A stretch of 64,000 bases of DNA, from the IMG/VR virus record IMGVR_UViG_3300047160_010363, positions 1-64,000 of that record. One strand, 5' to 3'. How positions within the stretch are numbered: the stretch's first letter is position 1; each line of letters begins with the position of its first letter. Of the stretch, positions 37,678 to 48,484 are shown piece after piece. Source of the stretch: a virus. Position numbers and translations under genes: made by a program. Below the pieces are notes generated by a model. It made no database searches, had not been told where the DNA came from, and was given only the letters and a program-made list of their open reading frames with translations.

Positions 37678-38252
37678 TGAAGATTGACCGTCACTTAAAC
37701 CTTGTTTTGCCAGTCGATACGGACACTGGAACTGTTTACGTACACAGTACCCCCATTAGCCGTGAGGTATTCGAGCGCTACTACTTGCCGATCAGCAAGA
37801 CGTTTGCGGCCATATACCAGGAGGGGCTCGCCGCTTTGGCAGGTCCTCGTGTTGCGGCCTTGATATTGCGTGATGTGGCCGAAGCGACACGCGGTAAGAA
37901 TGGCCAAGCCAACGCGTGGGATGGGCCGGAAGGTGTCGAAAACGGTTTGATGAACGAGGTACGACGCCTGACCAACGTTGTGATGCCCGGCGCCAGTGGT
38001 TGGGAAACCGTGCCATTCGATGATGTGCGCCGCAAGGGTATGATGAGCCCAGATGACTTGGCGGAGGTCGAAGGTGCGCTGACTTTTTTTATTGTCTGCT
38101 CTGCGATGCACAGAAAGGAGATCCTCCCGGACTTTTTGAATGGGATGGCTTCGCTCTGGGGAGCCTCGATCGTATCCTCCAACTGTACGGACTACGCACG
38201 TTCTTTGCCGATCTCGAAAGAGGGCGAGAGTTCTGGAGAAAAGGTGGCTTAG
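37677..38252 (+). CDS. Tail assembly chaperone
   Basis: MKIDRHLNLV, HSTPISREVFE, NEVRRLTNV; precedes tape measure. Confidence 0.8.
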   Translation: MKIDRHLNLVLPVDTDTGTVYVHSTPISREVFERYYLPISKTFAAIYQEGLAALAGPRVAALILRDVAEATRGKNGQANAWDGPEGVENGLMNEVRRLTNVVMPGASGWETVPFDDVRRKGMMSPDDLAEVEGALTFFIVCSAMHRKEILPDFLNGMASLWGASIVSSNCTDYARSLPISKEGESSGEKVA

Positions 38253-38416
38253 TGGGTGAGATACTCACCTGGATTGCAGAGGAAGGATTTTTGGACCTCG
38301 GTGAGTACCTCAACCGCAATGGAGTCACGTTTGAATTTCGCTCTGCGGCCGAGTTCCGCTCAAGGCATTTGACTGACGCTGTGGCAGCGGCCCTAAAGGC
38401 TTCAGCCTGGAGATAG
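38252..38416 (+). CDS. Second chaperone segment in the -1 frame (not in track)
   Basis: VGEILTWIAEEGF...SAAEFRSR; -1 frame open from about 38056. Confidence 0.6.
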   Translation: MGEILTWIAEEGFLDLGEYLNRNGVTFEFRSAAEFRSRHLTDAVAAALKASAWR

Positions 38417-38419
38417 ACA

Positions 38420-40435
38420 GTGCCAGTCAGGATTGGTCTAGAAGTTGATGTAGATGACGCTAAATTCAAGACGTTCACCGAGAGCTTTGCTAAATACAAG
38501 GAGGCTCTGGACAAGACACCAAATAGCTGGCGAAACGTTACGGAATCGATCAGGAGCGTAAACGACGGATTTAAGGGCTTTGATGTATTGCTCTTTGCTC
38601 AATCTGGGTACCTGGCGAAGATGCTGAAAGACATGAACGCGTTCGGCCGTGCGACTGGGGATACCAACCGTCACATGACCGCATTGGCGCGCACGACTCA
38701 CTCCGTGGCACAGCACTTAACGGATGCAACGCGCCACATATTGAGGTGGGGGACGATATCGACTGCGTTAGCTGGACTGGCTGGTTTTGGTGGTTTGTTT
38801 GGATTGCGTGCTCTGGGCGAGCGAGCGTCCACAGACTACCGCACAGCAACTGGCGCTGGGGTCAATGTTGGAGAGCTGCGGGCGTTACGCACCGTGTTTC
38901 CCTACATTACAGATCCAGAGGCGTTACTTCAGGCAGCAACCTCTGCGCGTTATGGTGCAGTGGGAGAAGCTGGCGCCGCGGCTTCCATACTTGGCATCCG
39001 CGGTCGCGAAACACCATTTGAAACTGTTTTGGGTATACGTGAGGCTGCCCGCAACTTTGCGCGCTCTGTTCGTGACGATAGATATTTAGAGAATGATCCG
39101 CGAGCCGAGCAGTTTCGACATCTAGGCATTGACACTGGGACGTTGCTGCGACTAAGACACCAGACCGATGAAGAGTTTCGTCAGGACACCGAGGAGGCTC
39201 GTCGTTTTGCCAAGAAAGCTGAACAAGATGACCAAACGTCAAAGGCGTGGCAGAGGCTGCTGCTCAGTCTTGGTGAAGCTGGAACCCTGATTGAAAATGC
39301 GTTTATCAAAGGATTGACACCGCTGGTTCCTCAAATTGGCAGGTTGTCTGAAGCGTTTACTAAGTTAGTCACAGCGTTGTTTGAAAAAGGAGGTTTATTT
39401 AGCGAATTTGTGGACGCTGCTGCCAGAGGTTTAAAGTGGCTGGCAGACAACATCAACACACCTGAGTTCAAGGAGGGAGTAAAATCTTTCATAACTGGAA
39501 TCGGCCGAGCTGCTGAGGCTTTTGGACCATTTGTTTCTGGTCTAGAGACCGTAGCAGCAGCACTAGGGCACTTTATCGAGTTCACAAGTAAGCATCCGGC
39601 CCTGTTTGGTGCTGTGGCTGGCGCTGTTGTTGGTTCGCGGTTCGGTCCGTGGGGTGCCGCCGCTGGAGCAGCTGCTGGTGCAGCTGCTGGCCTGGTTATG
39701 AGCCAGAGTGAACATGACACAGCGCTCGCGACAGCAGTTCGTGACTGGGAAACGCATCCACACGGTGACAAATCTTATGCCGATGTGGTAAAAGAGTTTG
39801 AGACTAATTGGACTAAAACGCACCCACCAGGTCAGTCGGTTCAAGAGCCTGGCACTGCCTTGGGAAGTAGTCGAGGCAAACCAACTGCCGAAGATGCGGA
39901 TGTTGCGCGCTCTCTTTACGGGTATGCGACTGGCCAGCTTGGGCTTGACCCGTCTCATGCTATGGCGATGATTGCTAACGCCTGGCATGAGAGTGGGTTC
40001 AAGGCAATGTCTGTCGGCAGGGCAGGTGAAAAGGGGATATTTCAGTGGAAAGATGATCGTTGGGATAAACTGGCGACTGAGTTGGGTGCCAATAAGTTTA
40101 ATTTGTACAAAGAATTTGCTTATGCGGTTAAAGAGCAGCGAGAACGTGATCCGGGTTGGTTTAACCGCAACATTGGAGACACTCCGCGTTCTGTTTCCGA
40201 ATTTGAACATGGCTTTGAGCGCCCAGCACAAGAGACTGGTCGCTTGGGGGACCTTCGCGCCGTGATGGAGATGCTTGGGATGAATAAACCCCAGCAGCAG
40301 CCCACCGCGCAGCAGTCGTCATATGGTCAACAGCAGTCGTCGCTGGCGCCCCAGCAGCAAGTCAGGATAGTGGTGGAGAACAGGACTGGAGGTTCAGCTA
40401 TTATCACAAGCAACTCCTTGGGGGCGACGGCGTAA
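38420..40435 (+). CDS. Tape measure protein with C-terminal phage tail lysozyme domain
   Basis: Helical Ala/Gly-rich; ANAWHESG, GIFQW...R, FERPA. Confidence 0.88.
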   Translation: MPVRIGLEVDVDDAKFKTFTESFAKYKEALDKTPNSWRNVTESIRSVNDGFKGFDVLLFAQSGYLAKMLKDMNAFGRATGDTNRHMTALARTTHSVAQHLTDATRHILRWGTISTALAGLAGFGGLFGLRALGERASTDYRTATGAGVNVGELRALRTVFPYITDPEALLQAATSARYGAVGEAGAAASILGIRGRETPFETVLGIREAARNFARSVRDDRYLENDPRAEQFRHLGIDTGTLLRLRHQTDEEFRQDTEEARRFAKKAEQDDQTSKAWQRLLLSLGEAGTLIENAFIKGLTPLVPQIGRLSEAFTKLVTALFEKGGLFSEFVDAAARGLKWLADNINTPEFKEGVKSFITGIGRAAEAFGPFVSGLETVAAALGHFIEFTSKHPALFGAVAGAVVGSRFGPWGAAAGAAAGAAAGLVMSQSEHDTALATAVRDWETHPHGDKSYADVVKEFETNWTKTHPPGQSVQEPGTALGSSRGKPTAEDADVARSLYGYATGQLGLDPSHAMAMIANAWHESGFKAMSVGRAGEKGIFQWKDDRWDKLATELGANKFNLYKEFAYAVKEQRERDPGWFNRNIGDTPRSVSEFEHGFERPAQETGRLGDLRAVMEMLGMNKPQQQPTAQQSSYGQQQSSLAPQQQVRIVVENRTGGSAIITSNSLGATA

Positions 40436-41269
40436 ATGCCCGGGCCACCTGGTTTGGTTGCGTTTGATCTAACGTTCAGGATTTCCCCGATAATACTGAC
40501 TGGTGGGATCGCTGGCGCTATTTTGGGTGGTGCGGTCCCCATCATCAACTATCTGCAGCCGACCATGTTCACGTCCTTGGTAGACAGTGGCACTGGTGAT
40601 CTGACTTTAGACCAGTTTTTTGCGCATTTTCAACCTTTACCTGGCGCGACGCTTGGAGAAAACGACATTGGTCGTTACCCATTCGCCAACCAGACTATAG
40701 CCGCCAACGCCATCATATTTCAGCCGCTGCGCGTGTCATTGTTAATGATATGCCCAGTCAACCCGCCTAACACTTACGCTCAGAAATATGCGGTTATGAC
40801 CGCGTTGCAAGCGACGTTGCAGCAGCATGACCTGATGGGCGGCTTATATACAGTGGCCACACCAGCGTTCACCTGGCAGAATTGCATACGGTTGCGAATA
40901 GTCGACGTCAGTCGCGGTGAGACCAATCAGCCTCAGATAACGTGGCAGTGGGATTTTGAGCAGCCTCAGATCGCGGTATCGGCTGCGCAAGGTGCATACA
41001 ACAACATGCTAGGCAAGATCGCCGCCCAAACACCGCTCGGGCCAAATCCTGCTGGTCAAATTCCAACATCAGGTTTTACTACAACTGTTGGAGGTGATTC
41101 GTCTGCTACTGCACCTGCCACTGCTGTACCGTCAATCGCTCCACTTGGCGGTAACTTGGCTCCGAGCGGTTCTCAGGTACCTATAAATCAAGATTGGTCT
41201 AGTGGACCGCCTTCTAATGCTTCATCCTCTGCCCCATTGCCCGACACACTGACTATCGCGCCTGACTAA
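40436..41269 (+). CDS. Baseplate / tail-tube initiator protein
   Basis: [32 protein letters not shown]. Confidence 0.75.
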   Translation: MPGPPGLVAFDLTFRISPIILTGGIAGAILGGAVPIINYLQPTMFTSLVDSGTGDLTLDQFFAHFQPLPGATLGENDIGRYPFANQTIAANAIIFQPLRVSLLMICPVNPPNTYAQKYAVMTALQATLQQHDLMGGLYTVATPAFTWQNCIRLRIVDVSRGETNQPQITWQWDFEQPQIAVSAAQGAYNNMLGKIAAQTPLGPNPAGQIPTSGFTTTVGGDSSATAPATAVPSIAPLGGNLAPSGSQVPINQDWSSGPPSNASSSAPLPDTLTIAPD

Positions 41270-42312
41270 TGGCCTTTCCAACCACGACCGACATAGATCA
41301 GCTCCCTGCGGCAGGCCCGCTCACTGGCAGTGAGCAAGTGCCCATGTCGCAGGCCGGAACGACGGTACGCGCACCGTCGTCAGATTTTGCTCTAGGCCAA
41401 ACTGGTGCTACTGGTCCTATAGGCATCACTGGCCCTGCAGGACCTACTGGTCCGACAGGCGCAACTGGGCATACAGGATCTACGGGTGCAACCGGTCCTT
41501 CTGGTGGTCCGTCTGGCCCAACAGGTGCTACAGGTGCAGCGGGCGCAACCGGCGCAACCGGTCCTTCTGGGATCACTGGTAGCCAGGGGCCCGTAGGCCC
41601 CACAGGCGTCACTAGCGGCATCGTGGGCCCTACCGGCCCTACGGGTGCTACTGGCCCCACAGGCGTCACTAGCGGCATCGTAGGCCCCACCGGTGCTACA
41701 GGCGCTACGGGTGTAGCGGTGGCTGGGCCTACAGGCGCTACAGGTGCTACAGGGCCCAGTGGGCCTACAGGCGCTACAGGTGCTACAGGCGCTACAGGCA
41801 CAGGCCCAACAGGCGCTACAGGTGCTACCGGTCCCACCGGTCCCACTGGTGCAACGGGATCAACAGGCGCGACTGGTCCAGCTGGGGCTACCAGTGGAAT
41901 ACTTGGCCCCACAGGTCCCACTGGTGTGGGCGCTACCGGTTCAACTGGTGCCACAGGACCGATAGGCGCTACTGGGGTTACAGGTGCTACCGGATCGGCG
42001 CTAAGTTTTGTCTCTGTCACAAACCAGGGTACCAACCAAATATTGATTTATCCACACACGTCTGGCGGCGGCATCAACACAGAGACTCCAGGCAGCCCCA
42101 TAATAGCTTATGTCAATACCACATCGTTGTTTGCGACGACTGGTGTTCTTACGGCGTCTTCGACACCCGCTACGGGGCTCACCGCTACGGGTACCAATCA
42201 GGGGTCTGCGTTAGCCTTGAGTGCTATCATGAATATAATAACCACTGCTGCGGCTGGTACCGGAGTGACTTTGCCTAGTTCGACAACGGATTACTGGGTG
42301 TCATTCCCATGA
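41269..42312 (+). CDS. Gly-X-Thr collagen-like fibre
   Basis: N-terminal [17 protein letters not shown]; long GPT/GAT array. Confidence 0.85.
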   Translation: MAFPTTTDIDQLPAAGPLTGSEQVPMSQAGTTVRAPSSDFALGQTGATGPIGITGPAGPTGPTGATGHTGSTGATGPSGGPSGPTGATGAAGATGATGPSGITGSQGPVGPTGVTSGIVGPTGPTGATGPTGVTSGIVGPTGATGATGVAVAGPTGATGATGPSGPTGATGATGATGTGPTGATGATGPTGPTGATGSTGATGPAGATSGILGPTGPTGVGATGSTGATGPIGATGVTGATGSALSFVSVTNQGTNQILIYPHTSGGGINTETPGSPIIAYVNTTSLFATTGVLTASSTPATGLTATGTNQGSALALSAIMNIITTAAAGTGVTLPSSTTDYWVSFP

Positions 42313-42791
42313 GACGTCGTGGTTTAGTTGTAGGCGCGTGTTTTTTGGCTGTCACTGTCGTTGGTTTCGCTTTGGCGCAGCCTTCTGGTCCATTACGGCC
42401 AGACCAGTTCATAACATTTGGTTGGATCTGGTCGGCCGGGCAGGCTGTTCAACCATTTACGATTCCTAGCTGTACGGGCAACATCACGCCAGATGGGTCT
42501 AGCGCGAACGATTACATATGCAATCTCGTTGGCAATATTACGCTGAAGAATCCAACCAGGGTGGTGGCTGGGTATACAATGAATTTTACGTTTATACAGC
42601 CCAGTTCTGGCGGTCCCTATAGTTTAACCACTGCCCACAACAGTGGGGGTGGAACGGACTATCTCTACCAAGGAAGTATAGGCCCAACACTCAGTGGAAA
42701 CCCAAACGCGATCGACTATTTGTCCTGCAGGACGTACGCAGCCAACACAATAGTCTGCGGTGGGTTGCTCGCAAATGTGGGTAATCCATGA
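42309..42791 (+). CDS. Signal-peptide protein with fibre-tip-like domain
   Basis: MRRR + hydrophobic + ALA-Q; L.GNITL.NP, PTLS...AID.LS. Confidence 0.7.
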   Translation: MRRRGLVVGACFLAVTVVGFALAQPSGPLRPDQFITFGWIWSAGQAVQPFTIPSCTGNITPDGSSANDYICNLVGNITLKNPTRVVAGYTMNFTFIQPSSGGPYSLTTAHNSGGGTDYLYQGSIGPTLSGNPNAIDYLSCRTYAANTIVCGGLLANVGNP

Positions 42792-43555
42792 TCTCTGTGC
42801 GCTTTGCACTGATTCCTGCGATTGTCGTTGGGGTTGTATGTCTTACAGTAGATCCATCTGTGGCAGGGTTTTGCACTCTTGATGGCAGCGCGCGCTCTAA
42901 TAACCCGCTGACCACGTCTATGTCTCCAGACGAGATAGTGTTGCTGGCGACCAACTACGCTCTTGGCTCTATGCCCAGCATTACTGGAGTCAGTGGATGC
43001 TCTTTGACTTGGACCAAACGAATGGCTTGGCCAGCCAATGGTGTTTTTGGTGGTACTTATTATGCAGACATCGAGGAGTGGGTTGCAAAAGCCACTTCGA
43101 CTCTGAGCTCTTGCACACCCGTCGTCAGTTGGACACCCGATGGGACAAATAACTTGTATGTGGTTTTTGGGGTTAATGGGGCAGCTTCACCTTCGGCGCC
43201 ATTTGATTCAAACTCGTCACTACCATCTGAATCGCAAGATTTGAGCGGCAATCCTGGTGTCGCTATAACCACTGGGGTGTCGACGAATAATCCAACCGAT
43301 TTTATCTTCTCGTGGTGCACTGACTGGTCGGATGCTGCTGAATGCTTCCACGATTCAGGACCTGCTGGATTTACTTTCATCAACTTTAACCTGAATGCCG
43401 CCTCGATAAATACGTGGTACAAAGGAGTGTCCAACACTCAAGTCAACACATCTGTTCCGTCAACTTCGGGCAATGTGGCTTACTGGGCTTCTGTCGCTGA
43501 TGCCATTGCCTGCGGCGGAACTGTCTCTAATGGCCTGATGCAGGGATGGCCCTGA
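42788..43555 (+). CDS. Signal-peptide, Cys-containing beta-domain protein
   Basis: Hydrophobic N-terminus; similar to C-terminus of 43546. Confidence 0.7.
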   Translation: MISVRFALIPAIVVGVVCLTVDPSVAGFCTLDGSARSNNPLTTSMSPDEIVLLATNYALGSMPSITGVSGCSLTWTKRMAWPANGVFGGTYYADIEEWVAKATSTLSSCTPVVSWTPDGTNNLYVVFGVNGAASPSAPFDSNSSLPSESQDLSGNPGVAITTGVSTNNPTDFIFSWCTDWSDAAECFHDSGPAGFTFINFNLNAASINTWYKGVSNTQVNTSVPSTSGNVAYWASVADAIACGGTVSNGLMQGWP

Positions 43556-44967
43556 CCCTTTTCCCTTTTACACCTAATGTAAACACTCCGTTTCAATTCC
43601 AACCAGTCCTAGACGGCGTTACGTACAACGCTGTTGTTTATTGGAATTTTGACGCGCAGCGTTACTACATAAATCTGGTGAGCCCCAACGGGGTCTCGGT
43701 ATTCTTTAAGCCGCTTACGGGGTCAACAAATCCGCAGACTTTGCAGCTGCAGACTCAAGAAGGGTCTATTTACGCGATACTGAGCTTGCCTGGATCTACC
43801 CCACTCTTTTTGGTGACTCAATCTGGTGAATTCATCACAACCGACAACTCTGGTTCATTTTTAACGGCGTCTACATCCCCGGCTCCAGTAGGGTTGATTG
43901 CTAATGGAACACAGATAAGCAGTACATTACTACCTCCAGGTACGTCTGTGGATTTGGTGGCTGCCACTGGTGTTGTTGTACTTTCAGCTCCAGCACTCAC
44001 CACAGGCATCGATGAGAGCGCAGTCATCAATAGCGATATAAATTTAGCAGCAGGTTACTTCACAACGTCGGCCCTGGTGTACAGAACTGCTGCAGTAAGG
44101 TTTGAAGTTTACGACATAGTGACTCCTGCTACTCTACCAGGACAATCCTCATTTACCTCAGAGGGGCAACCGATAAGCTTGGTGTCTCCATTCCCGTTGC
44201 CTCCGCCTGTACCGCCACCGCCACCGCCGACGCTGTATAGTACAGCCGTTAGCCCCAGTGGAAACACCAGTCCTCCGCTGGGTCCATTTTCCATTACGGC
44301 CAACGTAAACACGACCAGCGGCGTTGGGATCAACACATCTGGTCCATCGACGGTGGTGGCGTTTGTGACTATGCTGCAGAATGCTCTGGTGGCCCAGCCG
44401 CCAGGTCAGTTCCCACCGGCTGTTGCGGCGTTAGCCAGCACGTCTGGTTTATTCTTTACACGACGCTCAAGATTCGTGCAAAACCCGACTTACGCAGGCA
44501 CGGCACCTCCTGCTAGTGGCGCGGCTGAGATATGGTTTGCACAGGCAGCAGGCCCGCTTACAGGTGAATTGATTACGGCGTCGTTCACGGGTGGCATCAC
44601 TGCTGGTTTATTGACAGTTGCTGCTTTTTCACCCAGTGTGTGGGATGCTAACGTGTCGCTCCCAGCGGAGGCGCAGGCCACAACTACATTGTCATTGGGT
44701 AATGTCCCCAATGTCTCGACAACCAGCTCCAGCGATTTAGTGCTCACGTTTTTCTCCACCTTCCAGACTGGAATACCCGAGTTTGGAGGTGCTGGAGCAC
44801 ACATAGCCGCGCAGCAGGCCATTCAGGCTTTTGACGAGATTGATACGTCTAATGCTGTTACCTACTATGTGGCTACTGCGCCGTTGATCAATGCCGTTAT
44901 TGGGACCTCTGGTGGTCAGCACAATTATTGGATCGCGGTGGTCGACGCATTAGTGAATCCAGGCTAA
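43546..44967 (+). CDS. Baseplate protein with Pro linker and C-terminal beta domain
   Basis: FQFQPVLDG.Y...V.WN...QRYY; INLAAGYF. Confidence 0.75.
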   Translation: MALTLFPFTPNVNTPFQFQPVLDGVTYNAVVYWNFDAQRYYINLVSPNGVSVFFKPLTGSTNPQTLQLQTQEGSIYAILSLPGSTPLFLVTQSGEFITTDNSGSFLTASTSPAPVGLIANGTQISSTLLPPGTSVDLVAATGVVVLSAPALTTGIDESAVINSDINLAAGYFTTSALVYRTAAVRFEVYDIVTPATLPGQSSFTSEGQPISLVSPFPLPPPVPPPPPPTLYSTAVSPSGNTSPPLGPFSITANVNTTSGVGINTSGPSTVVAFVTMLQNALVAQPPGQFPPAVAALASTSGLFFTRRSRFVQNPTYAGTAPPASGAAEIWFAQAAGPLTGELITASFTGGITAGLLTVAAFSPSVWDANVSLPAEAQATTTLSLGNVPNVSTTSSSDLVLTFFSTFQTGIPEFGGAGAHIAAQQAIQAFDEIDTSNAVTYYVATAPLINAVIGTSGGQHNYWIAVVDALVNPG

Positions 44968-46079
44968 TGCGTTATTACGACATCACCATAGGGTCCAACC
45001 AACCAGCTGGTGGCGGCAATTTCTCTTCAAACTCGTTGCTGCACTATACGTCCCACCCCTCTGGACCCTACGCCCCTCCAACTCCAGGTGCCCTGAACGT
45101 CGAGCTAGACATCTACCAATTCAAGGGCCACATCATAGGCGCCAATTCGTTCATCCGTATATGGGGGATAAGCCCGCTGGACATAGGACCTGCTTCGCTC
45201 TTTGGAGGGCATCCCATGGTGGTGCAGGCGGGTATGGGCGTTGGACTGCCATTGGCCAATCCATCCCAGGCTGGGCTCCTTGTGACCGGCACAGCGTGGC
45301 AGGTGTTTGGTAACTGGCAAGATGTTAATCTAACATTGGACATCGTGGCCGTGTTACCGACTGGTGTGTCGCCACCGACAGTTCCTGGTTTATCACCACC
45401 AATTCAGAATGTCGTGCTTCATTGGCCTCCAAACACTCAGCTATCTGACGCCATTAAAAACGCTCTGGCGACTGCCTATCCAGGATATACTGTTGATATT
45501 AACATCAGTGGTAATTTAAAGAAATCCTCTGATGGGTCCCACTTTGCATCTAGCTGGGTCGATCTCAGCACACAAGTACACAGTGATTCGATTGGGATAA
45601 TCAATAATCCAGACTACTATGGAGTGTACATTACGCTGGAGGGCACCAAGTTTATTGTGCGCGATTCTGGCACTGGTGCAGCCTCTGGTAATGCAACTGC
45701 GGCCACAAAGCAGATATTGTTTCAAGATATGATTGGTCAGCCAACCTGGATCAAGTTCAATACAATTCAGTTTCAGACTGTGATGCGATCTGACATTGAT
45801 GTTGGGGACGTTGTGGCTCTACCACGAGCACAGTTTACGTCGACACCGGGTGGGTTTGTACAGGGCGCTTCGTCATCCTCTGCGTTCTCTGACTACCGCA
45901 ATGCATCGGCATTTGGGGGTAGCTTTAACGTAAATAACATTCACCACGTTGGCAACTTTCGCGCACCGGACGGTCGTCAGTGGTGTACTGTGTTTGAGGC
46001 TGTTCTCATCAAAGCCAACCCACCTCCAGGCGTGACCTACGCTCCGACAGACATCTCCCAGCCAGCGGGGACAGCGTGA
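44967..46079 (+). CDS. Baseplate hub protein
   Basis: MRYYDITI, GLPLANP.Q.G, GNWQ, DMIGQPTW, H.GNFR. Confidence 0.8.
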   Translation: MRYYDITIGSNQPAGGGNFSSNSLLHYTSHPSGPYAPPTPGALNVELDIYQFKGHIIGANSFIRIWGISPLDIGPASLFGGHPMVVQAGMGVGLPLANPSQAGLLVTGTAWQVFGNWQDVNLTLDIVAVLPTGVSPPTVPGLSPPIQNVVLHWPPNTQLSDAIKNALATAYPGYTVDINISGNLKKSSDGSHFASSWVDLSTQVHSDSIGIINNPDYYGVYITLEGTKFIVRDSGTGAASGNATAATKQILFQDMIGQPTWIKFNTIQFQTVMRSDIDVGDVVALPRAQFTSTPGGFVQGASSSSAFSDYRNASAFGGSFNVNNIHHVGNFRAPDGRQWCTVFEAVLIKANPPPGVTYAPTDISQPAGTA

Positions 46080-46376
46080 TTATCTTGACTTTTTCATTTT
46101 GCTTGATGGCAACAGGGCTGTGCTATCCTACGGAGGTGCCACAGGATGATTGTTGCACATCTATAAGTGACTGCGATGCACGAGGGGAAAGACTGTTGAA
46201 TTTGACGCGTGAACGTATGCGAGATTATGGTTATTTTGACGCTGGTTTCACGTGCCGCTATGAATGAGATTAGCGCGGACGCTCTGTTTGCTGCTCTTGC
46301 GTTGGCGTTATCTGCCGTATTGCTACTTAGGTCGCTTCGTGTTCCGGTGCCAGAGCGGCAGTACACTGGATGGGCG

Positions 46377-47042
46377 ATGAGTGACAACGCCATTAAGACC
46401 CCCATAGGGTGGTCCCTGAACCAGTTTGTCGACAGCAAAACCTCAACCGCGCTCTCCTTGCTGACGAAGCAGCTGCCGTGCCACGTGGTCAAGATTGTGT
46501 CGAGCGAGATCGTCACGGTAGCGTTCGACGTTAAAACAGATTACACCTTGCCACAAATGACGGTTCCGGTGGCCACGTCTGAATATGTGAGGCTGCCCAT
46601 ACAGGTGGGTGACAAGGGCTTCTGTAAGGGTGCTGATGCATATTTGGGCGGCGTGAGCGGCCTCGGGGGCGGTACCGCTGATCTCACGCGACGCGGTAAC
46701 CTGTCAGCGTTGTGCTTTCAGCCGTTAGGAAACACCAACTGGACGACGGTCGATAACGACGCGCTGACTCTCTATGGTCCCAATGGTGTGGTCATTGAGG
46801 ATACCAAGAAGGGCACCACGATCACACTATCGCCCACGGACCTCAAGATAGTATTGAACAAGTCTGGCGACGTGACGATCACGCTTCAGTCTGGTCATAA
46901 AGTTCAGATCGATGGCAACCTATCGGTGAGTGGAAACATCAATGCCACCGGAACCTTGACGGCTGGTACTTTCCACCATCAGCACTCCGGTGTGCAGACT
47001 GGCATGGGTGTGTCTGGTCCACCGACGCAGGGGACGTACTAG
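46377..47042 (+). CDS. Baseplate spike (gpV/Gp138-like)
   Basis: LPCHVV, P.QVGDKG, C-terminal HQHSGVQ metal-binding tip. Confidence 0.85.
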   Translation: MSDNAIKTPIGWSLNQFVDSKTSTALSLLTKQLPCHVVKIVSSEIVTVAFDVKTDYTLPQMTVPVATSEYVRLPIQVGDKGFCKGADAYLGGVSGLGGGTADLTRRGNLSALCFQPLGNTNWTTVDNDALTLYGPNGVVIEDTKKGTTITLSPTDLKIVLNKSGDVTITLQSGHKVQIDGNLSVSGNINATGTLTAGTFHHQHSGVQTGMGVSGPPTQGTY

Positions 47043-47566
47043 ATCATTGCGGCGACAGTGTCAGGTGCTGTGGTTTTTGTTTTTGTTTTTTGTATATTAT
47101 ACTCAATGGCGATTTGCGATATCTCTTCTTCAGATATGTTGTCTCCCACGATGTTAGATGCGCCAACCTCTTCGCCAACCCGTGCGTAAAATCCACCCAG
47201 TTGTTTGCATTCCGCACCGGTGCACTCGCGCAATGGTTTGCCGTTAGCGGTGATGAGATCGAGCAGCCGTCGAGCAATGATACTTTTGGCGGTAGATTTT
47301 AGCCTTTCAAATTCTTGCTCAGCCTCATCTAACTTGACCTGACGAATTTTAGCGCGATCGATTAGTTCGGCAGTTGTAGCTGGAAAAGCAGCGCTATATG
47401 CTGTAGAATAGAGCATTCCAAATATAAACTGGATCCCATCGTTTAGGTACATTTTGTTTTCAAGCATTTTCTCTTTGAAGATAGGATATGTGTCCATTTT
47501 ATCTTTGTTTGGATGGTCTTTGATTATAGATGTTAGAAGGTCAACGATCTGTGCTTTGGCGCTCAT
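47039..47566 (-). CDS. AT-rich inserted hypothetical protein
   Basis: GAGG SD, ATGA overlap; NGKPLRECTG.EC. Confidence 0.7.
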   Translation of the reverse strand: MSAKAQIVDLLTSIIKDHPNKDKMDTYPIFKEKMLENKMYLNDGIQFIFGMLYSTAYSAAFPATTAELIDRAKIRQVKLDEAEQEFERLKSTAKSIIARRLLDLITANGKPLRECTGAECKQLGGFYARVGEEVGASNIVGDNISEEEISQIAIEYNIQKTKTKTTAPDTVAAMI

Positions 47567-48321
47567 TGTAGTTCCTCTGGTTTGATGAGTCCGAGTTCCT
47601 TGATGGCGTCTATGATGGCCTTTTCGGTCATATTTAGGTGTGATGTCTTATTCTCACGAATGCGGTACTTAGTCTTTAGATCATGTGCTTTACGAACCTT
47701 TTTATTGTGAGAGATTGAGGCCGGTGGTTTATGTGGCACTATAGGTTTATGCAGACTTAACTGACGATTAACAAGCACCCTTTCACCGTCTTTATAACGG
47801 TACCAGTCTCCATCTTGGTTAAGACGCACATCAAAGTACCCTCTATATCCCCATTTTTCTTGTATTTTATTTATAAATTTCTTGACAAAGTCGTGGTGCT
47901 TTTCTTTGCTGGTGGATGTATATTTGATTTTCTTTAGATAGCGATTTAGGAGTACATCTCCTCGATTGCGGTTTATATGTCTGGACTCTGTCATATATGT
48001 CATGACCCCCACACTGCCACGCATAAATACAGGCCGACGAGGATCGCTGCTGGGAAAAATCGTTAGGCCAATAAACGTTGAGTCGCGTGGTGGGTGGAGA
48101 GGGTCGAATATCTCTTGGTGCCACCAACTTACCTTCTTATAGACTGACGCACGGACAATTGGTACATTTGGACGGAAGTTTCTTTTTATCCATAAGTCTA
48201 ACCCTTTATCTGATATTAGAGCTTCAATCTCGTCGTCGCTCAGGAGTGTAGATCCGTGATGAGTGGATATATTGAACTGACCACAGAGCAATTCTCTGGC
48301 CTTTTGCTCCCAATCTTTCAT
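47563..48321 (-). CDS. AT-rich inserted basic hypothetical protein
   Basis: GGAGG SD favours ATG 48321 (MKDWEQK...). Confidence 0.7.
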   Translation of the reverse strand: MKDWEQKARELLCGQFNISTHHGSTLLSDDEIEALISDKGLDLWIKRNFRPNVPIVRASVYKKVSWWHQEIFDPLHPPRDSTFIGLTIFPSSDPRRPVFMRGSVGVMTYMTESRHINRNRGDVLLNRYLKKIKYTSTSKEKHHDFVKKFINKIQEKWGYRGYFDVRLNQDGDWYRYKDGERVLVNRQLSLHKPIVPHKPPASISHNKKVRKAHDLKTKYRIRENKTSHLNMTEKAIIDAIKELGLIKPEELQ

Positions 48322-48325
48322 AAAA

Positions 48326-48440
48326 CCTCCCCTCGTCCGGCCGATCAAGCCCGGACGCGATGACAGGGGTCGTAAAACGACACCGGACGAAGGAAACTCT
48401 GCATTCGATGCCGCGTCTAGTGGGTTGATCGCCCCACAAG
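48326..48440 (-). other. GC-rich structured 5' leader
   Basis: CCTTCGTCCGG/CCGGACGAGGG stem enclosing GTCG-TTTTA-CGAC; adjoins the SD. Confidence 0.55.
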
Positions 48441-48484
48441 AATTAGAAGTTTGCACTTAACACACAGGTAAAGTAAAGCAAAAA

